Shown piece by piece: positions 34,228 through 48,958 of a stretch of DNA of 64,000 bases. This DNA comes from the human T2T-CHM13v2.0 reference genome, Homo sapiens. The notes below the pieces were generated by a model, which saw only the letters and a program-made list of their open reading frames with translations, did not search any database and was not told the origin of the DNA. Every line of letters starts with the position of its first letter. Within the stretch, counting starts at the first letter, position 1. The stretch lies in the NCBI RefSeq assembly GCF_009914755.1, contig NC_060927.1. One strand, written 5' to 3'. The position numbers were made by a program, and so were the translations under genes.

Positions 34228-37200
34228 GAGCTTGGCACATCTAACTATGAAGTACAGAGCATTTTCTGTACCTAGGACCATAATGTATGCTATATATGTT
34301 ATAGTTCATTTTGGTCATCTCCCATATCTTTCTTTTCAAGGTTGTTTGTAATCTCCCAATTATTTCTGGCTTTTTTTTTTTTTTTCATATTTTTAGATTA
34401 GCCAATGAGAAATGATCCCCTGATCATTCTGCGGGAAAACCTCAGCTACGATATAGCAATAGAATTATTTCAAAAGCCTGAGGCCAATGACCTTGTGACA
34501 TCACAATTAAATAATATGCATTCATAATATGCATAACAAAGATAAGTACTTACAACAAAACACAAAGCAAAAGCCATATATCCAAGCCAGTGTGCCACAC
34601 AGCACTTTACAAAGATTTCACCTAAGCCTGGTAATTTTTGTTCTTTGACATTTTTTGTTATTCCCAGATGGTTCCAATTTTGTCTTATGATCCCTAAGAT
34701 TGCTCTGATTGAAACCATGGTCTTCTCACTGAACTCAGAGTGCCTCAGGGGAAAGAGGTTTAATATCCACTTTCATGGTGGTAATGTTCCTGTTGGTTAG
34801 AGACATTTTTAGGTATGAGATATATCTCAAACTGACAAATTTTCATACCAGAGCCCATTTTTATTTGAAGGGCTAGACATGGCTGTGATTCATAACCAGG
34901 TGGTGATTTCAGCTGCCCTTGTACTTGGGAGCATTGCAGAAGTTGATGCTCATCAATTACCTCTCATCCAACCATTCTTCTGAGGCTATTGGGCTGGAAT
35001 TCAGTCAAAAATTCACCTGTCATGGAACAAGTTCACAGTTGAGAAACAGACCTCAATACTGTTAGTCCCTTATTGACTGGGTTGGTACTATTTTTATGCT
35101 CCATGGAATTCATTGCTCCCATACATAAAAAGAACATTATATTAATGCTATCATACCCTTAAAGATGAGCATTCAGCCAATCAGATAATAGGTAGTTTCT
35201 TACATTTTGCCCCAGTTTTTCAAGTCTCATAGCAACCTATCCAGTCCAATTCCTGATAAGTTGGGATATTTAAGACATTAAATCAATACCCAGTAAACAT
35301 AGACATTTACAAGCTCAAGAACATAGTTTAAATATATCTGAGCCCAGGTGACTTTTCAAGCTCACTCATCTGAAGGGGCTTTCCTTTGCTGTGTCTGAAA
35401 GATGTTATCTTCCCAGCTCTACTCAGACATCCAGCACTCATTTCAATCACCCCTCGTCTGAGATGGAAGGGCTTATGAATATGATTAACAGTGGTGCATG
35501 TCATAAAGAAGTCCTTTAGTAGATGGTCCACTAGATATTGCTGTGCCCTGAAAAGTTCTGTCAGTTTTTAGGATTGGGTAACTGATCATGCTCATTCTAA
35601 TTAGGGACAATCCACTTTACACTCTAGCAGTCTGTATCTCTTTCAGTCAGAATTACATGGTACTTGTTGTGATCCAAACCACAAATTCATTTAGAAGGCA
35701 CTTGTAACCATCATGGTGACATCTTTGGTGTTTATCAGCCTGCTGTTGGTGGCTGGTGAAGAGCGGCAGGGCAGGCTGAGACTGGATGACTGTTGGGGTG
35801 CTTGTGGGTATAGGATTTTCTGATTCCATGATAATAGCTCACCTGCTTCTGATGGCTCCAGTGTAATCCACTTACTGAGTATTTTCTATGTGTCAATCAT
35901 GGTGTCAGGCATTTAGTGTAAAAACCCCATCTAATCATTATAAAAATTCTATCAAGAAGGTAATATTATCCCCATTTTACAGAAAAGTCAACTGAAATTT
36001 CTAAAGGTTAAGTAAATCAACCAACTTTATGAAAGATCATGAATAGAGATGAGATTTGAAGGTCCATCTGTCTAATTGCAAAGACAATGCTCTCCACACA
36101 GCATGTATGTCTTACCTCTGAAATAAATACACAATACTAAGATTGTGTAATTAGCTCCCAGATCTCAGTTGTACTTCATTTAAGTTTCAGAGCATGATGT
36201 AGTTTATAAGAAAATATTGAACCCTCTACTATGTAAAACTTTCTGTCCTAAGCACTCTGGAGGATCTGGCACTGAGATTATTCAGAGAGAGCTTCAGAGG
36301 GGGATGGGATGTCTGCTCCTGGCCTTCAAGAACAGGTGGCTTTCTATAGGCAGGGATAAGGGATTGGGGATGGATAGTGGTGCCAGGAGGGCATTTTGGG
36401 TAGAGGAAATGGGTTGAACAAATACATAGGGAAAAAAGAACTGCATAGTGGATTAGAGCTCCAGGGAAAAGGCACATTTCAATGGAATGGAGATTCTCTA
36501 GAGAAAGGTTAGGAAATACGGTTGGAAGGGTCAATTGAAATTGATTGTGGAGGGCACCAGTGCAAAGCTGAAGGTGGTAAGCTTAGTCTGGCAGGCAGAC
36601 TAAGGGGCGGGGGGCATGAAAGTTTTTGAGTAGGAGAACAATTTGTCAAGACAAGATTTCAGGAAAGAGAACCTTAACACCAATGGGCACAGTGGGTTGC
36701 AACACCCAAGGCAGGGTCAGAAAGAGCAGTCAAGAGCCTAAAATGGAGCTCCACACTGGAGAGCATCCTGGCCAAGGGAAAACGTGACATTAGAAACACA
36801 AAAAGCAAGGCTAGGGTCTCTCAGCTCAGGCTCTTCCCAGCTGTGTCACCTCAGGCAAATTTCTCAATGGCCCTCAGCTGCTTCTGCAACATGTAAGTAA
36901 CATCTACACCACAGCATTGTTTATTGGTTCATTCAAAGCATTCATCGAGTGTCCGCTATGTGCCAGGTATAAGGAAGACAAGAGGGGTCAAGGGTGTCTC
37001 CAAAATATTTGACCTGTGCAACAAGAAGAGGGGATTTGCCTTTCCTGTGACACTTAAATGATAAACTGTGTGCAAAACTCCTGGCATAGTGCTGGGCATA
37101 CAGTGGCTGCTCATTAAGTGTAATTCTTTTTGAAGCACTAAGGACCAAATTTTGTTTGTAGCAATGTGATAGAAATGAAGACATTAATAAGAGCTTTTGT

Positions 37201-38399
37201 AAACAGAGGGAGCAGGCAGGTCTAAAATATATGATTGTCTAGAATATATAAGTTCTATAAAGTTTCTAAAGTAACCTATATAATACCAGGTAATAAATGG
37301 TTTAAAAGAACCCTTTCTACCCCCCTGAAATACAAAGGAAGGAGCCTGTTGCATGTCGGGGGACTTGTTAATGGCATCTATGTGTGTCAGGACCTTAGCA
37401 GGAGAGAGATGGGACACACTAGCCGGCTGAGTGGCTGGAAAACCTAATAAAGGGTCAGCGGGGAGGAGTAGATCCTGGAACCAGGAGACAGATTCATGGC
37501 AGGAGAAATGTAGACTTGGCAGGAGCTCTGGCCTTGGTAGAAGAACACAGTGACCAGCAGAGACTGGAAGGAGCCTGGGTTGAAATACTCCTCTCCACTG
37601 AAAACTAAACCCTAAAGCATTACCCATCGCTCAGTGTTTCCCATAGAAGTTAATGGGGAGAAATCAGGAAGAAAAACCATTGATTAATATAAAACACAGC
37701 TTCTAATGTCTCTGCTTCTGCAGCTCATCATGAGGCCTTGGTTGACAGTTGTAGCGTCTTTTCCACCACACATTTTGTGTTCCCTACCCTCTCTGCCAGA
37801 CTTCAGCTGAAGAGAGTTCTTTACCTGCTGGGGAAAATTGTTTTGCTTCTTCATTTCTGTAGGATCTGACTTTTTAGTGTCTCTTTCTTTAGTTGCCAAG
37901 GTTTTCAGGACTACTGGGCAAAAGTACTAAGAAGTGCACCAATGACTCCCTGGTGGTCCTCTTTGGCCTTATTTTGCAGCAGCAACCAAATTTTTCTTTA
38001 TAATTGGAGTCAATACAATACACTAGGTAATACAGAAACCCTCTTATTTGCTTATTGGCTCAGTGGCATGAGAATCAATAGTTCTTGGAAGCGGTCTTAT
38101 CTTCCAGTTGATCAAGCAGCAGTCTTAGCTTCCAATTCACAGAAACCATGTCTTCTATTCCTTATCAAAAGCATTTTTCTTTTGGATACTAGGACTCTTT
38201 GGAGCTCAGGGTTGTAGGTGAGACAAAAACATCCTCCAATGTGTTGATGTAATAGTAGAGGTAGGAAACGCTCCTACCTCTACTCTGTAGTTCCCAGACA
38301 TGTGCATTCTGGCTATGGGGCTGGCTTAAGGCATTTACCTCATTCTGCAGGAATGCCTCCCAATTTTGAAGGATGGCAACAGAATTGAGACTTCAGCAG

Positions 38400-39200
38400 A
38401 ATATATCATTAATTCATCAAACCAGGTACTTCTGTGTTATGGGATACATGGTACAGTTAGTGAATTCTATGGGCATGAGCCCATCACCTTAATTCCCACA
38501 CATAAAATGTGATCTCTAGACAGAAGTGATGTATAGGATACTATGGTGATGATAAGGCATTATCATTTGTGGACTTAAGTAAAGCGTTGCATCCTCCATC
38601 ATGAAAGGTGTCCGATATAAACAACCTGCTACTAGGTGGTCAGCTGGTACCTTATGGGGACTGGTGTTGTACTGGAGGCCTAGCACTAACTTCTGACATT
38701 GGGAAGTTGAATACTCAGCAACGGTGTTAAACAGACCAGCGTTGGTAAGGGGAATTCCATGCTGTTAGGGTGCTCTTCATTTCTGCTTCCATCACCACTT
38801 TGTGCATGCTCCCACTGAGCAAGCACTGGAGTTGGTGGGGAGAGAGGAAACTGGGGGGTTTACAGGATGTCTCTCCTTATTCTGATTATTAAAATCTCCC
38901 TCCCTTTCCTGTAGTCTCCCTCGTCACCATTTTTCTGTCATTGGCCAATTCATTAGGCTGTGGGGTGTTTACAAATGTGTGTATGGTCATAATTCCGGCT
39001 GCTTTTTCTTCCAAATGTGGTGGGCAGCCCAATGTTCCAGCCAAACTTCTGCTCTCTGGGAGGATTTTCCTTCACTGCTGTCAGTCAGGGCCAGCCCTGA
39101 GTGAGACTATAGTACAGTAGCTTTCCTGCAGTGCCAGCATAACACACAGATTTTTTTCCTTCTTCATTAACTGGTTATAGGGAACTCCTTTTGTGTGAGA
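38400..39200 (-). mobile_element. Degraded ERVL/MaLR internal (pol-like) fragment
   Basis: Motifs such as GGGCATGAGCCCA...GATACTATGGTGATGATAAGGCATT resemble ERVL-class internal sequence (by eye). Confidence 0.4.
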
Positions 39201-40557
39201 AGTGAAAGAGAATGCATAGGCTGAGGAGATGAAGAACTTTGAAGAGTGAGCTCATCAAATACAATTCAGACATGAACAGAGATCACAAAGAGTGTCACCA
39301 ACCTGCACAGGTATGGGTATGCTTTACTTAATTCTAGTCTTACACGGACATAATTCTCTTTAGAGGAATCTTAGTCATTTTTCAGTATATTGGGCTTAAG
39401 AATGATACATTGTTACACAAATGACACGTTTTACTTTATTTTTGATAGTCTTGCCAATTAAAAAAAAACTTAGCTACTTCTAATAAAAACAATAACTTTT
39501 AGATAAATAATCAGTCACTTTTGAAGTTCTAATTTCCAATCATGGCTCTTCTATCTCAAGGAGTTCTCTGCTCCCTTTTTTCTTCTAAAAATGGTTTGCG
39601 TACAGGGAGAATTTCCTGGTGTCAGAGGGAGGGGATCCCTGATCCAGAATCTTATTTATGAACTTCTCATATTCTGTGTCCTCCTGGTCTAGACTCCAGG
39701 AACTTTTTGTTTGCTTGTCCTTCTAGCGTTTCCATTTGCCATCACTGATATTTTTGGATTTTCTATACTCTATTTGCAGACCCTCCCCAACCATCTCAGG
39801 ATTATCTATTATTATCTATTACCTCTCCCTAACTATTCTACAATTCCCAGGCAATTTTGGGAGCAGAACACTAGTCTGGACGTTATTCAATTCACTCTGA
39901 GCTTATTTAGGATTTTTATCAAAATGTCTATCATCCTTCCCTGGCTCTGAAGAGCCACGGCTCAGAATAGGGCAGGAGTATGCGTGTATGTGAAGACCCC
40001 TTGAAGATGACTTGAGGTCCCTTCTTGAAGTTTCTCTATGTAGTTCTATGCCCTCTGAATCTCTCCAAGCATATTCTAGCAGAAAAGGGCTTTTATAAAT
40101 AAAAAATAATAATAATAAGGTAAAGGACTTCTTTAAATAAGGTAAAGGACTTCCCCAAGAGTGTAACCTTCATCTTATCTGCCTGATGGTTTAAAGTAAA
40201 TCTCTATACTCTTTGTCCTTATTATGTAAAGCCAAGGCTTTAGAATGTAGAACATCCCTTATCTTTTCCAGGAAATTCTTGCTGTCAAGAATATTGCCTC
40301 ACTGTGGATTCAAAGATGCCAGTTTTGAAACCCAAAGCTGAGAGTTGACTACTTTTTCCCCAGGCTCCCTGTTCCCCACACTTGGACTGACAGATTATCA
40401 GGCACAAACATTGTCTGTATGATTTGTTAAACGATGTATTTGATCATTTTCCACTGTAGTGTTGCATTTTCTCATGCCTCTCAGTTTTTATTACTTACTT
40501 TAAACCTTTGCTCTGTCTTCTTCAGGTGAGCATAAACTTAGCTTCTTTAAGTCCCTC

Positions 40558-41551
40558 TGCCAGAGGCGTTCGAACCAGAGCAACTCCAACTTGAATAGGG
40601 ACTGGGTAAAATGAGGCTGAGACCTATTATGCTGTGTTCCCAGGATGTTAAGCATTATTAGTCACAGGATGAGATAGGAGGTTGGCACAAGGTACAGGGT
40701 ACAAAGACCTTGCTGATAAAAGGATGTAGTAAAGAAGCCAGCCCAAACCCACTAAAACCAAGATGGTGGTGAGAGTGACCTCCATTGGTCCTCATTGCTC
40801 ATTTTATGCTAATTATAAGGCATTAGCATGCTAAAAGACACTCCCACTTGTGCCATGACAGTTTACAAATACCATGGCAACATCAGAAAGTTACCCTATA
40901 TGGTCTGAAAGGAGGAGGAACCCTCAGTTCCGGGAATTGCCCACCCCTTTCCTGGAAAACTCATGAATAATCCACTCCTTGTTTAGCATAGAATCAAGAA
41001 ACAACCATAAAATAGCCAACCAGCAGCCCTCTGGGCCACTCTGCTTATGGAGTAGCCACTCTTTTGGTTCTTTGCTTCTCTATTAAACTTGCTTTTATTT
41101 ACTCTATAGACTCATCCCGAATTCATTCTTGTGTGAGATCTAAAAACCCAATCTTGGGGCCTGAATCAGGACCCATATTATTCTGTTTTCATGCTGCTAT
41201 AAAGAACTGCCTGAGACTGGGTAATTTATAAAGGAGAAAGTTTTAATTGACTCACAGTTCAGCGTGGCTGGTGAGGCCTCAGGGAACTTACAATGATGGC
41301 AGAAGGCACCTTCTTCACAAGGTAGCAGGAAAGAGAAGTGCTGAGTGAAGGGGGAAGAGCCCCTTAAAATACCATCACATCTCGCGAGAACTCACTATCA
41401 TGAGAACAGCATAGGGGAAACGACCCCCATGATTCAATTACCTCCACCTGGTCTCTCCCTCAATACATCGGGATTATGAGGATTACAATTCAAGATGAGA
41501 TTTGGGTGAGGACCCAAAGCCTAACCATATCAGGACCCCTTTCTGGTAACA
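40558..41551 (+). mobile_element. MER41(B-like) ERV1 solo LTR with a nested MaLR LTR (about 41175-41532)
   Basis: Starts TGCCAGAGGCGTTCGAACCAGAGCAACTCC and ends CCCTTTCTGGTAACA, with TSD CCTC. The nested LTR is flanked by a GGACC duplication. Confidence 0.85.
40928..40957. promoter_or_regulatory. Tandem GAS (STAT1-type) motifs in MER41
   Basis: TTCCGGGAA at 40928-40936 and TTCCTGGAA at 40949-40957. Confidence 0.65.
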
Positions 41552-43212
41552 CCTCCCCTCACTGTGATTCCTATTTCTGGTCTGTCCCAGTGCTGCCTAG
41601 GGACTTTGACTTCTTTAAATAAACATTTTCCATGCTTTCCGTATCCCCACTTAAATCTTGCTTATCAGAGCATTTCCCACAGATAATTCCTCAGCCTGTA
41701 TTTGGAAGAAATGTAGCCCTTTCATTTAGGTCCTTTCATGTAAGCACACTCTGTCTCAAGCAGCCTTCAGAGCACTAAGTGCACCCCATCTACTCATGTC
41801 TTCTCCTGAAGCACATCCTCACTTTCACACACTTTCTATCATCTTCTCCTCAGAGTTCCCTCTCTCAGGAAGCTCTTGGTAGTAGACATATTCTTACTCT
41901 TTCTCCCTTCTTCCCTTCAGGGCTTAGCTCCATGAGAACCACAAAGTAAATGGTGTCATAAATATAATTTACCTTTGTGATTTTTTTCCACTTTAGTTTC
42001 CACAGCCCTTCCCATTATGCATACAACACTGTTTGATAAGGCTCCAAAGTAGTTATTTTTATTTATTAGAGCACTCAGAGATTTCTAAACCTATCCAAAT
42101 TAAACTGATGGTAGAATTTGAGCCAGAAAACACAAGGAATATTTGAAGAAAGGATTTTCTCAGCATCAAATGCTACCTTGGTCCTGCAACTGATCTTTGT
42201 TGTTCAGAGAAGGGCTGTCCCTGCAGAGGTGTCCAGGTGTCTTTCCTGTGGCTTCTTTAATTGAGGACCTTAAAGAAGAGCCTAGTCCTAAGAAATGACT
42301 CCTCTTCAGTTTCTTTCCCAGACCCTAAGGGATTGTGCCCTGGTCGTAGGAATTTACACATACTCCTACCCTTGTGGATCTATAGGGTTGCTTGCTGCTG
42401 GTTTTGCCTAAGAGGAAAGAGAAAGTTTCCCCGGGTTGGGCCATTTGGTGCCTATCAATGTGGGAAGAGAGCTTTCTGGGCTGGCTGCTTGTTGTGGCAG
42501 GATCCCTCCTGCTAGTGTTGCTTTTCCTCCTGATGTCTCTTGATGGGTTGCGGGGGGGTCTCAGGGGAAAAGGTGTTATTCTCCTGGTTGTCAATTGTCA
42601 TTGGGGCTTCCAAATGCCCCACTGCTAGTACTGCTGAGCTTACCTAGTATTTCAGTGAGACAACTATTTATTCCAGGAAAACCGAGAGCCTACCTATGTC
42701 ACCTTCCATTGCTAGGCTGAAGTCAGAAAATGCTAGACCCGGATGACCTTCATCTGTTGGGTGGGGGTTTGTGATAACCACTACCAACATGTTATTCTTC
42801 CAGCCCTGGGGTCTAGAATCAGTTTGCCTTGCCTTCCACTGTTCAGAATTTGCCTTTGGTTGCCTCCTGCATTATTGCCAGGGTTGATAATTTACTTAGC
42901 AGGATGTAGCAGGGTGAAACATGTTACGTCATATTATCCAGACCAGTAATGCCATCTTTATTTTATTCCCTTCCTAGAGTATTCTATCGTCCTTTTACAT
43001 TCTCTTATGTAATCTTTCTCCTTTATCTTCATTCCATGATTTTTTAGCAAAGATTAGTCCATTATGTGTGGATTCATATTGCAGTTCTTTAACTTATGTT
43101 TGTAATCATTAAAGTATATCGTAAAGTGATGGGATTTAAAGAAAAAGTAGGTTAGATGTCACCTAATTTATCAAGTTTTTTTGTTTGTTTTTTTGTTTTT
43201 TTCTTTGGAGAA

Positions 43213-43668
43213 TGTAAGGAAAATGAATATGCTGCAGTTGATAGTAGGCTGAGGCAGGCATCTGGACCAGCGTAACTCGGTGAGTTTGGAGCACAGACAC
43301 ATAACTCCGTTGTTACATAACCTGTTTGTGTAAGCTCATACTTGCTTCTGAGTCACTATTGTCTGTAACAGGTATAACTGCCTTGTTGATGCTGTACATA
43401 CAGCTTGCTCCCACAGAGAGAAAGGGTTAAGCTGCTGACTCTGTAAGGGAGAGTCACCTCCTTGCAGGCCAGGGAGTGCAGCTGTAAGCGTGCAGGTGGC
43501 AGCAGCCAGAGCAGGCAGCCGAGACAAAGGCTGACGGAGACAGAAAACATAATAAAGCCATATATTTCACCTGCTTATGGACCCTGAGTGTTCTTTCAGC
43601 TATCTGCCACCCACCCACCCACTCCCCTCGGACCTCAGCATGTGCTGAAACCTGAAATATGGTGTAAC
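43213..43668 (+). mobile_element. ERVL solo LTR (LTR18-like)
   Basis: TGTAAGGAAAATG start, internal AATAAAAGCCATAT, and TAACA end. Confidence 0.55.
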
Positions 43669-43906
43669 AGAGAAAATTCTCATAATTTTTGTCATATAAA
43701 AAAGAAGCAAATGTTTGTTCCCAAAACTGAGTATATTTTGCCCCCAAAATGTACTATGAATCTGATAACATTGCATTCGTCATTATGTCCAAGGCAGAGA
43801 ATGTTTTGATTCATTTAGTGACATGGAGTACGTAAGCAATAGCAACCAGTCCTCACTATCCTATCTGAGTCTTTCAAGAAAATGAGCCAATGATGGCTAA
43901 ATTTCC

Positions 43907-44598
43907 TGTCACAGGTAGCTAAACAGGCATGAATGGGGCAGGAGAGGGCTCTCCCCCACCCACTAGGATTGTTGGGTGATGGCTTGGCAATTATCATCAC
44001 ATTTCCTCTCTAAAAGTGATAAATTGGCAAAGGGCACTGGGGAGAGACAATCTCCTAATGGTCCACACCTGTTAACAGTAAAGTGTGAATTGAATGCAGG
44101 TGCCAGGGAGAAGCAAAAAGGGGATTCCAATAAAATCTCAGGTATTGGGCAAGTAAGCAAGGGCAAGAGCATTAAGAGGCAAGATGGTGAAGTATCACTG
44201 GAAAAGGGAAGGAAACCTCCAAGGGGCATGTGTACAACTTCCTTGTGTGTACTCACTTCTCAAGCATAAGGAGGGCACTGTGCATGCGGGCAGCCCACCC
44301 TAAGGGATGAATTATGGGAAAAAGGTGCAAGTCACAGGAAGTGGGCCAGCCTATAAAGTCCTGGGATCAAGGTTAAACATCGCACTTGAACTTCACGTGC
44401 CTGCTTGGGTCTCTTCCAGGTATACCTTCCTTTCTTTTCTATTCTAAAACCTTTTAAATAAACTTCCTGCTGTGAAGCTTGCCTTGGTCTCTTTTTCTGC
44501 CTTATGCCCCTCCGTCAAATTCTTTCTTCTGAGGAGGCAAGAATTGATGTTGCTGCAGAATTCATTGCCAGTAACTCAGATACCTTCCACCGATAACA
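43907..44598 (+). mobile_element. MER50-like ERV1 solo LTR
   Basis: GGGCAGGAGAGGGCTCTCCCCC start, CTATAAA, AATAAACTT, and CTTCCACCGATAACA end. Confidence 0.7.
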
Positions 44599-45319
44599 TC
44601 CCTATTTCTAATATAACAGCCTTAGAAGTAAGGAATCTGCGAGGAGCCGACATTGGACTGAAGTCCAGGAACGTACATGGTGGAAGAGGGGAGGAAGGAA
44701 AGCTCTATAAAAGATCTGAGAACAGATCAAAGACAAACATCACCATACAATTTCCCACCCCAATAACCGCCCTCCTGCGGATGATATCCTCAGAGTGAAA
44801 TCTGTAGTTCTTCTCAGTGTAAGAGAGACAGGTACTTGAGCAGTGGAAACTTCATCTAAGAGGTGGCAACTCTGATGCCTGAATCACACTACTGGAAGAA
44901 GAATGGCACAAACAATATGAATAATATGTTTGGCTTTTCCATGGCAGAATTGAGATATGGGACATTGTTTTTTTGTAAGATTACGAGATCAGACTTTGAA
45001 TTATTTTTAGTTAAAAAAAGATTTATGAATTCAGTTCAAAGTTTCTCTTTCAGAAAATCTGGATTTGTAAACACTATTTTCAATCTGGAGATTCAAAGAA
45101 GTCAATGTTCAGAATCAAATCTAAGAAACGACTCCATGATTCAATGGGTGAGGAAACTGGGAAAACTAGGAAGCAGCTGTTAGTGGGAGCAAAAATGTAT
45201 TGGTTATACTTCAAAAAATCTGCTACATCAGTAAGTCTTTTTAATGTCTTCATAAATTATATGTGGGTACTTTATACAATTTAAGCAGCTATTATTATGA
45301 TTATTAAGACTGATGGTTT

Positions 45320-45666
45320 CTTTCTTTTCTTTTTTTTTTTTGGGATGGAGTCTCACTCTGTCATCCATGTTGGAGTGCAGTGGTGCAATCTTGGCTCACT
45401 GAAACCTCTGCCTCCTGGGTTCAAGCAATTCTCTGCCTCAGCCTCCCAAGTAGCTGGGATTACAGGCGCCCGCCACCATGCCTCAGCCTCCCAAGTAGCT
45501 GGGACTACAGGCGCCTGCCACCACGCCTGGCTAATTTTTGTATTTTTAGTAGAGATGGGGTTTCACCATCTTGGCCAGGCTGGTCTTCAATTCCTGACTT
45601 CGTGATCCACCCGCCTTGGCCTCCCAAAGTGTTGGAATTACAGGTGTGAGCCACCATGCCCGGCCC
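45320..45666 (-). mobile_element. AluS with an internal 45-bp tandem duplication
   Basis: GCCTCAGCCTCCCAAGTAGCTGGGA(T/C)TACAGGCGCC(C/T)GCCACCA occurs twice, at about 45435 and 45480. Confidence 0.88.
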
Positions 45667-47374
45667 TATTTTTCTTTTAAGTGTAATAATTCTAGTTAGA
45701 GGAGACCACACCCAATATAGTTTACCAATATGTATTTTTCTCTGGGAGTGTACAATTTTACACAATTTTACAGTCAGTGGGTTATTAACCACTGAATTGA
45801 CTCACTATCTGTGCTTATCCTACTTATGCCTCTGGTGTTCGTTGCTTATATGAGATAAACAGGCCATTAAGTGTTGCATCAAGTTCCTCCCCTATGAAAC
45901 CTCCTGCTTGTCCATCTTAATCCTGCCAACCAATCATAGGCTAATAAGAGTTCACAAACTTCTTCTTTTAGGATTTGTCATAATTAGTGAAGCCCCTAAG
46001 CCATATGTATAATAACTTTTCTTGATGAAACTCTCAGTCTGTGGAGGGAGGCAACCTAATTTTTGCACCTAAGCACACTCAATCTCAGGTGGTGCTCAGC
46101 CTCCTCTTCCCTCTCCCTCAGCCCTTCACTCTTGGCCTCCCACAAGCACATACTCACATCCCTACCATTTCTAACACTTTCTCCTCAGCTGTGGTGCCCT
46201 CTCCCAGATAGATTTGACCATTAGAGAATGACTCTCCCTCTCTACCCTTTTCTTCTTCCTTTAAGGCTGAGCTTCAGGGCTGACCCAAGCGAATACTGTA
46301 AACTTTGCCTTGGTAGATTTTCTACCTTAATTTCTATCGTTCCTTCCATTATACAAACAACACTGTCTGGTAAGCCTCAAAGTGAGACCCTTTCTATGCA
46401 TGTGTGTATTTAACTAGAAGAATCAGAGATTTCTGGTCACCTTCACTTTACAAGTGAATCTAATGGTAGCATTTGAGGCAGAAAAGACAGGGACATTTTT
46501 TAAAACGAGAACTTTCTTAGATTCCCTCAAATTATATCGTGGGTCATGCAAATAGTCTTCGAGGCTTAGGCAAGTAGCTCCTGTGGCCTTATAGAACTGT
46601 CTTCCTGATGCCTTTTCAGTCTACTTAGGGCCTTACAGGAGTTTCTATTCATAATCAAGGGCCTTCTTTTCTACCTCCAGGCCATATACCCAGGGCTTAG
46701 GTCCAAGCCTTAGCACTAACATATTCCTTCCCAGATCAATCATGTGCTTCAGCATTTCCTCTTTATGGGATTTGCCAGAGGGAAAAATAAAAATCCCTCT
46801 CACCTAAGAGGGGATTTATTTAGCTAAAACTAACACTTAATATCTCAAAAGTAGGATATGTGACAGCTAAAAATAAGGGCTGAATGATGGCTTACTACAT
46901 TATCAATGTCTTACCAAATGGTACCCATTATGTTTCTGCTGCACAAATGTGCAGAAGCTGGCTTCTAACACTCAGAGAGCACACAAGTGAATAAAAGCAG
47001 TTGGCATACAGCCCTATAAAACACAATTCACTGGTGGCTCAAATCTCTTCCTGTTGGGGCCAGTTTTATGGTTTCTGCAGAATTGGAAATCTGCCCCTCA
47101 AAATAGCTTTCGGATACTTATTCACTGGCCAATTTAAGCATGTGTAAGAAATATGCTTCTGATTGTTAGTATGTAATGCAGAAGTGTTAACATCAGCTAT
47201 TGGGAAAATGTTGGGATTCCCTATTACCATTGTGCCTTGATTTAGGTTACAAGCAACCTTTGTGAGAATTAGGGAGTGTAGACACTTATATGTTAGCTTC
47301 AGAATGGAGGTCTCTAGAAGGATAGTATTCCTTTTGAGTGAGATGTCTGATGATAGAAGCACACATTCTAGGGA

Positions 47375-47582
47375 AGGATTTCTTAACCCTTGGCCCTATT
47401 GACAGTTCATGCAAGGCAATTCTTTGTTGGCAGTGGGGGTTTTACCTGTGCATTGCATGAAGTTTCTTGACATTTGTGGTCTATTCCCAACTAGATGCCA
47501 ATATCACTTTGCCTCTGCCAGGTGTGACAACCAAAAATGTTTCCAGATATTTCCAAGTTTTCTGGTTGAGAACCACTATTCT
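47375..47582. mobile_element. MER20-type hAT relic
   Basis: TTTCTTAACCCTTGGC...GTGACAACCAAAAATGTTTCCAGA...GGTTGAGAACCACT. Confidence 0.7.
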
Positions 47583-47853
47583 AGTGTAAAGAGAGGACAG
47601 CCTATGCTATTTTAGGTATCTAAAGGGCAGCATCCAAAGCTTATGTGGGGTGTACTCAACATTTGAATACAAAGTAAGGAGAACTAAATGCACACACACA
47701 TACACATACACATACACACATTTTGGCCTTACTTTAATTTTTTTTCTCTTTCCTTTCTGGAATGCACAACCTCCCCAACCTTTATCCATGAATAACAAAT
47801 TAGCAAAGATTGCTAAACAGTGTATAGATTTCTTAAAAATTTCCTTTGTTCTA

Positions 47854-48958
<1,105 letters not shown>

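Noticed and set aside
35100-35720. Similarity of minus-strand peptides to AMD1 or C1GALT1C1
   Set aside because: Only short motifs match, and their spacing is inconsistent with either protein.
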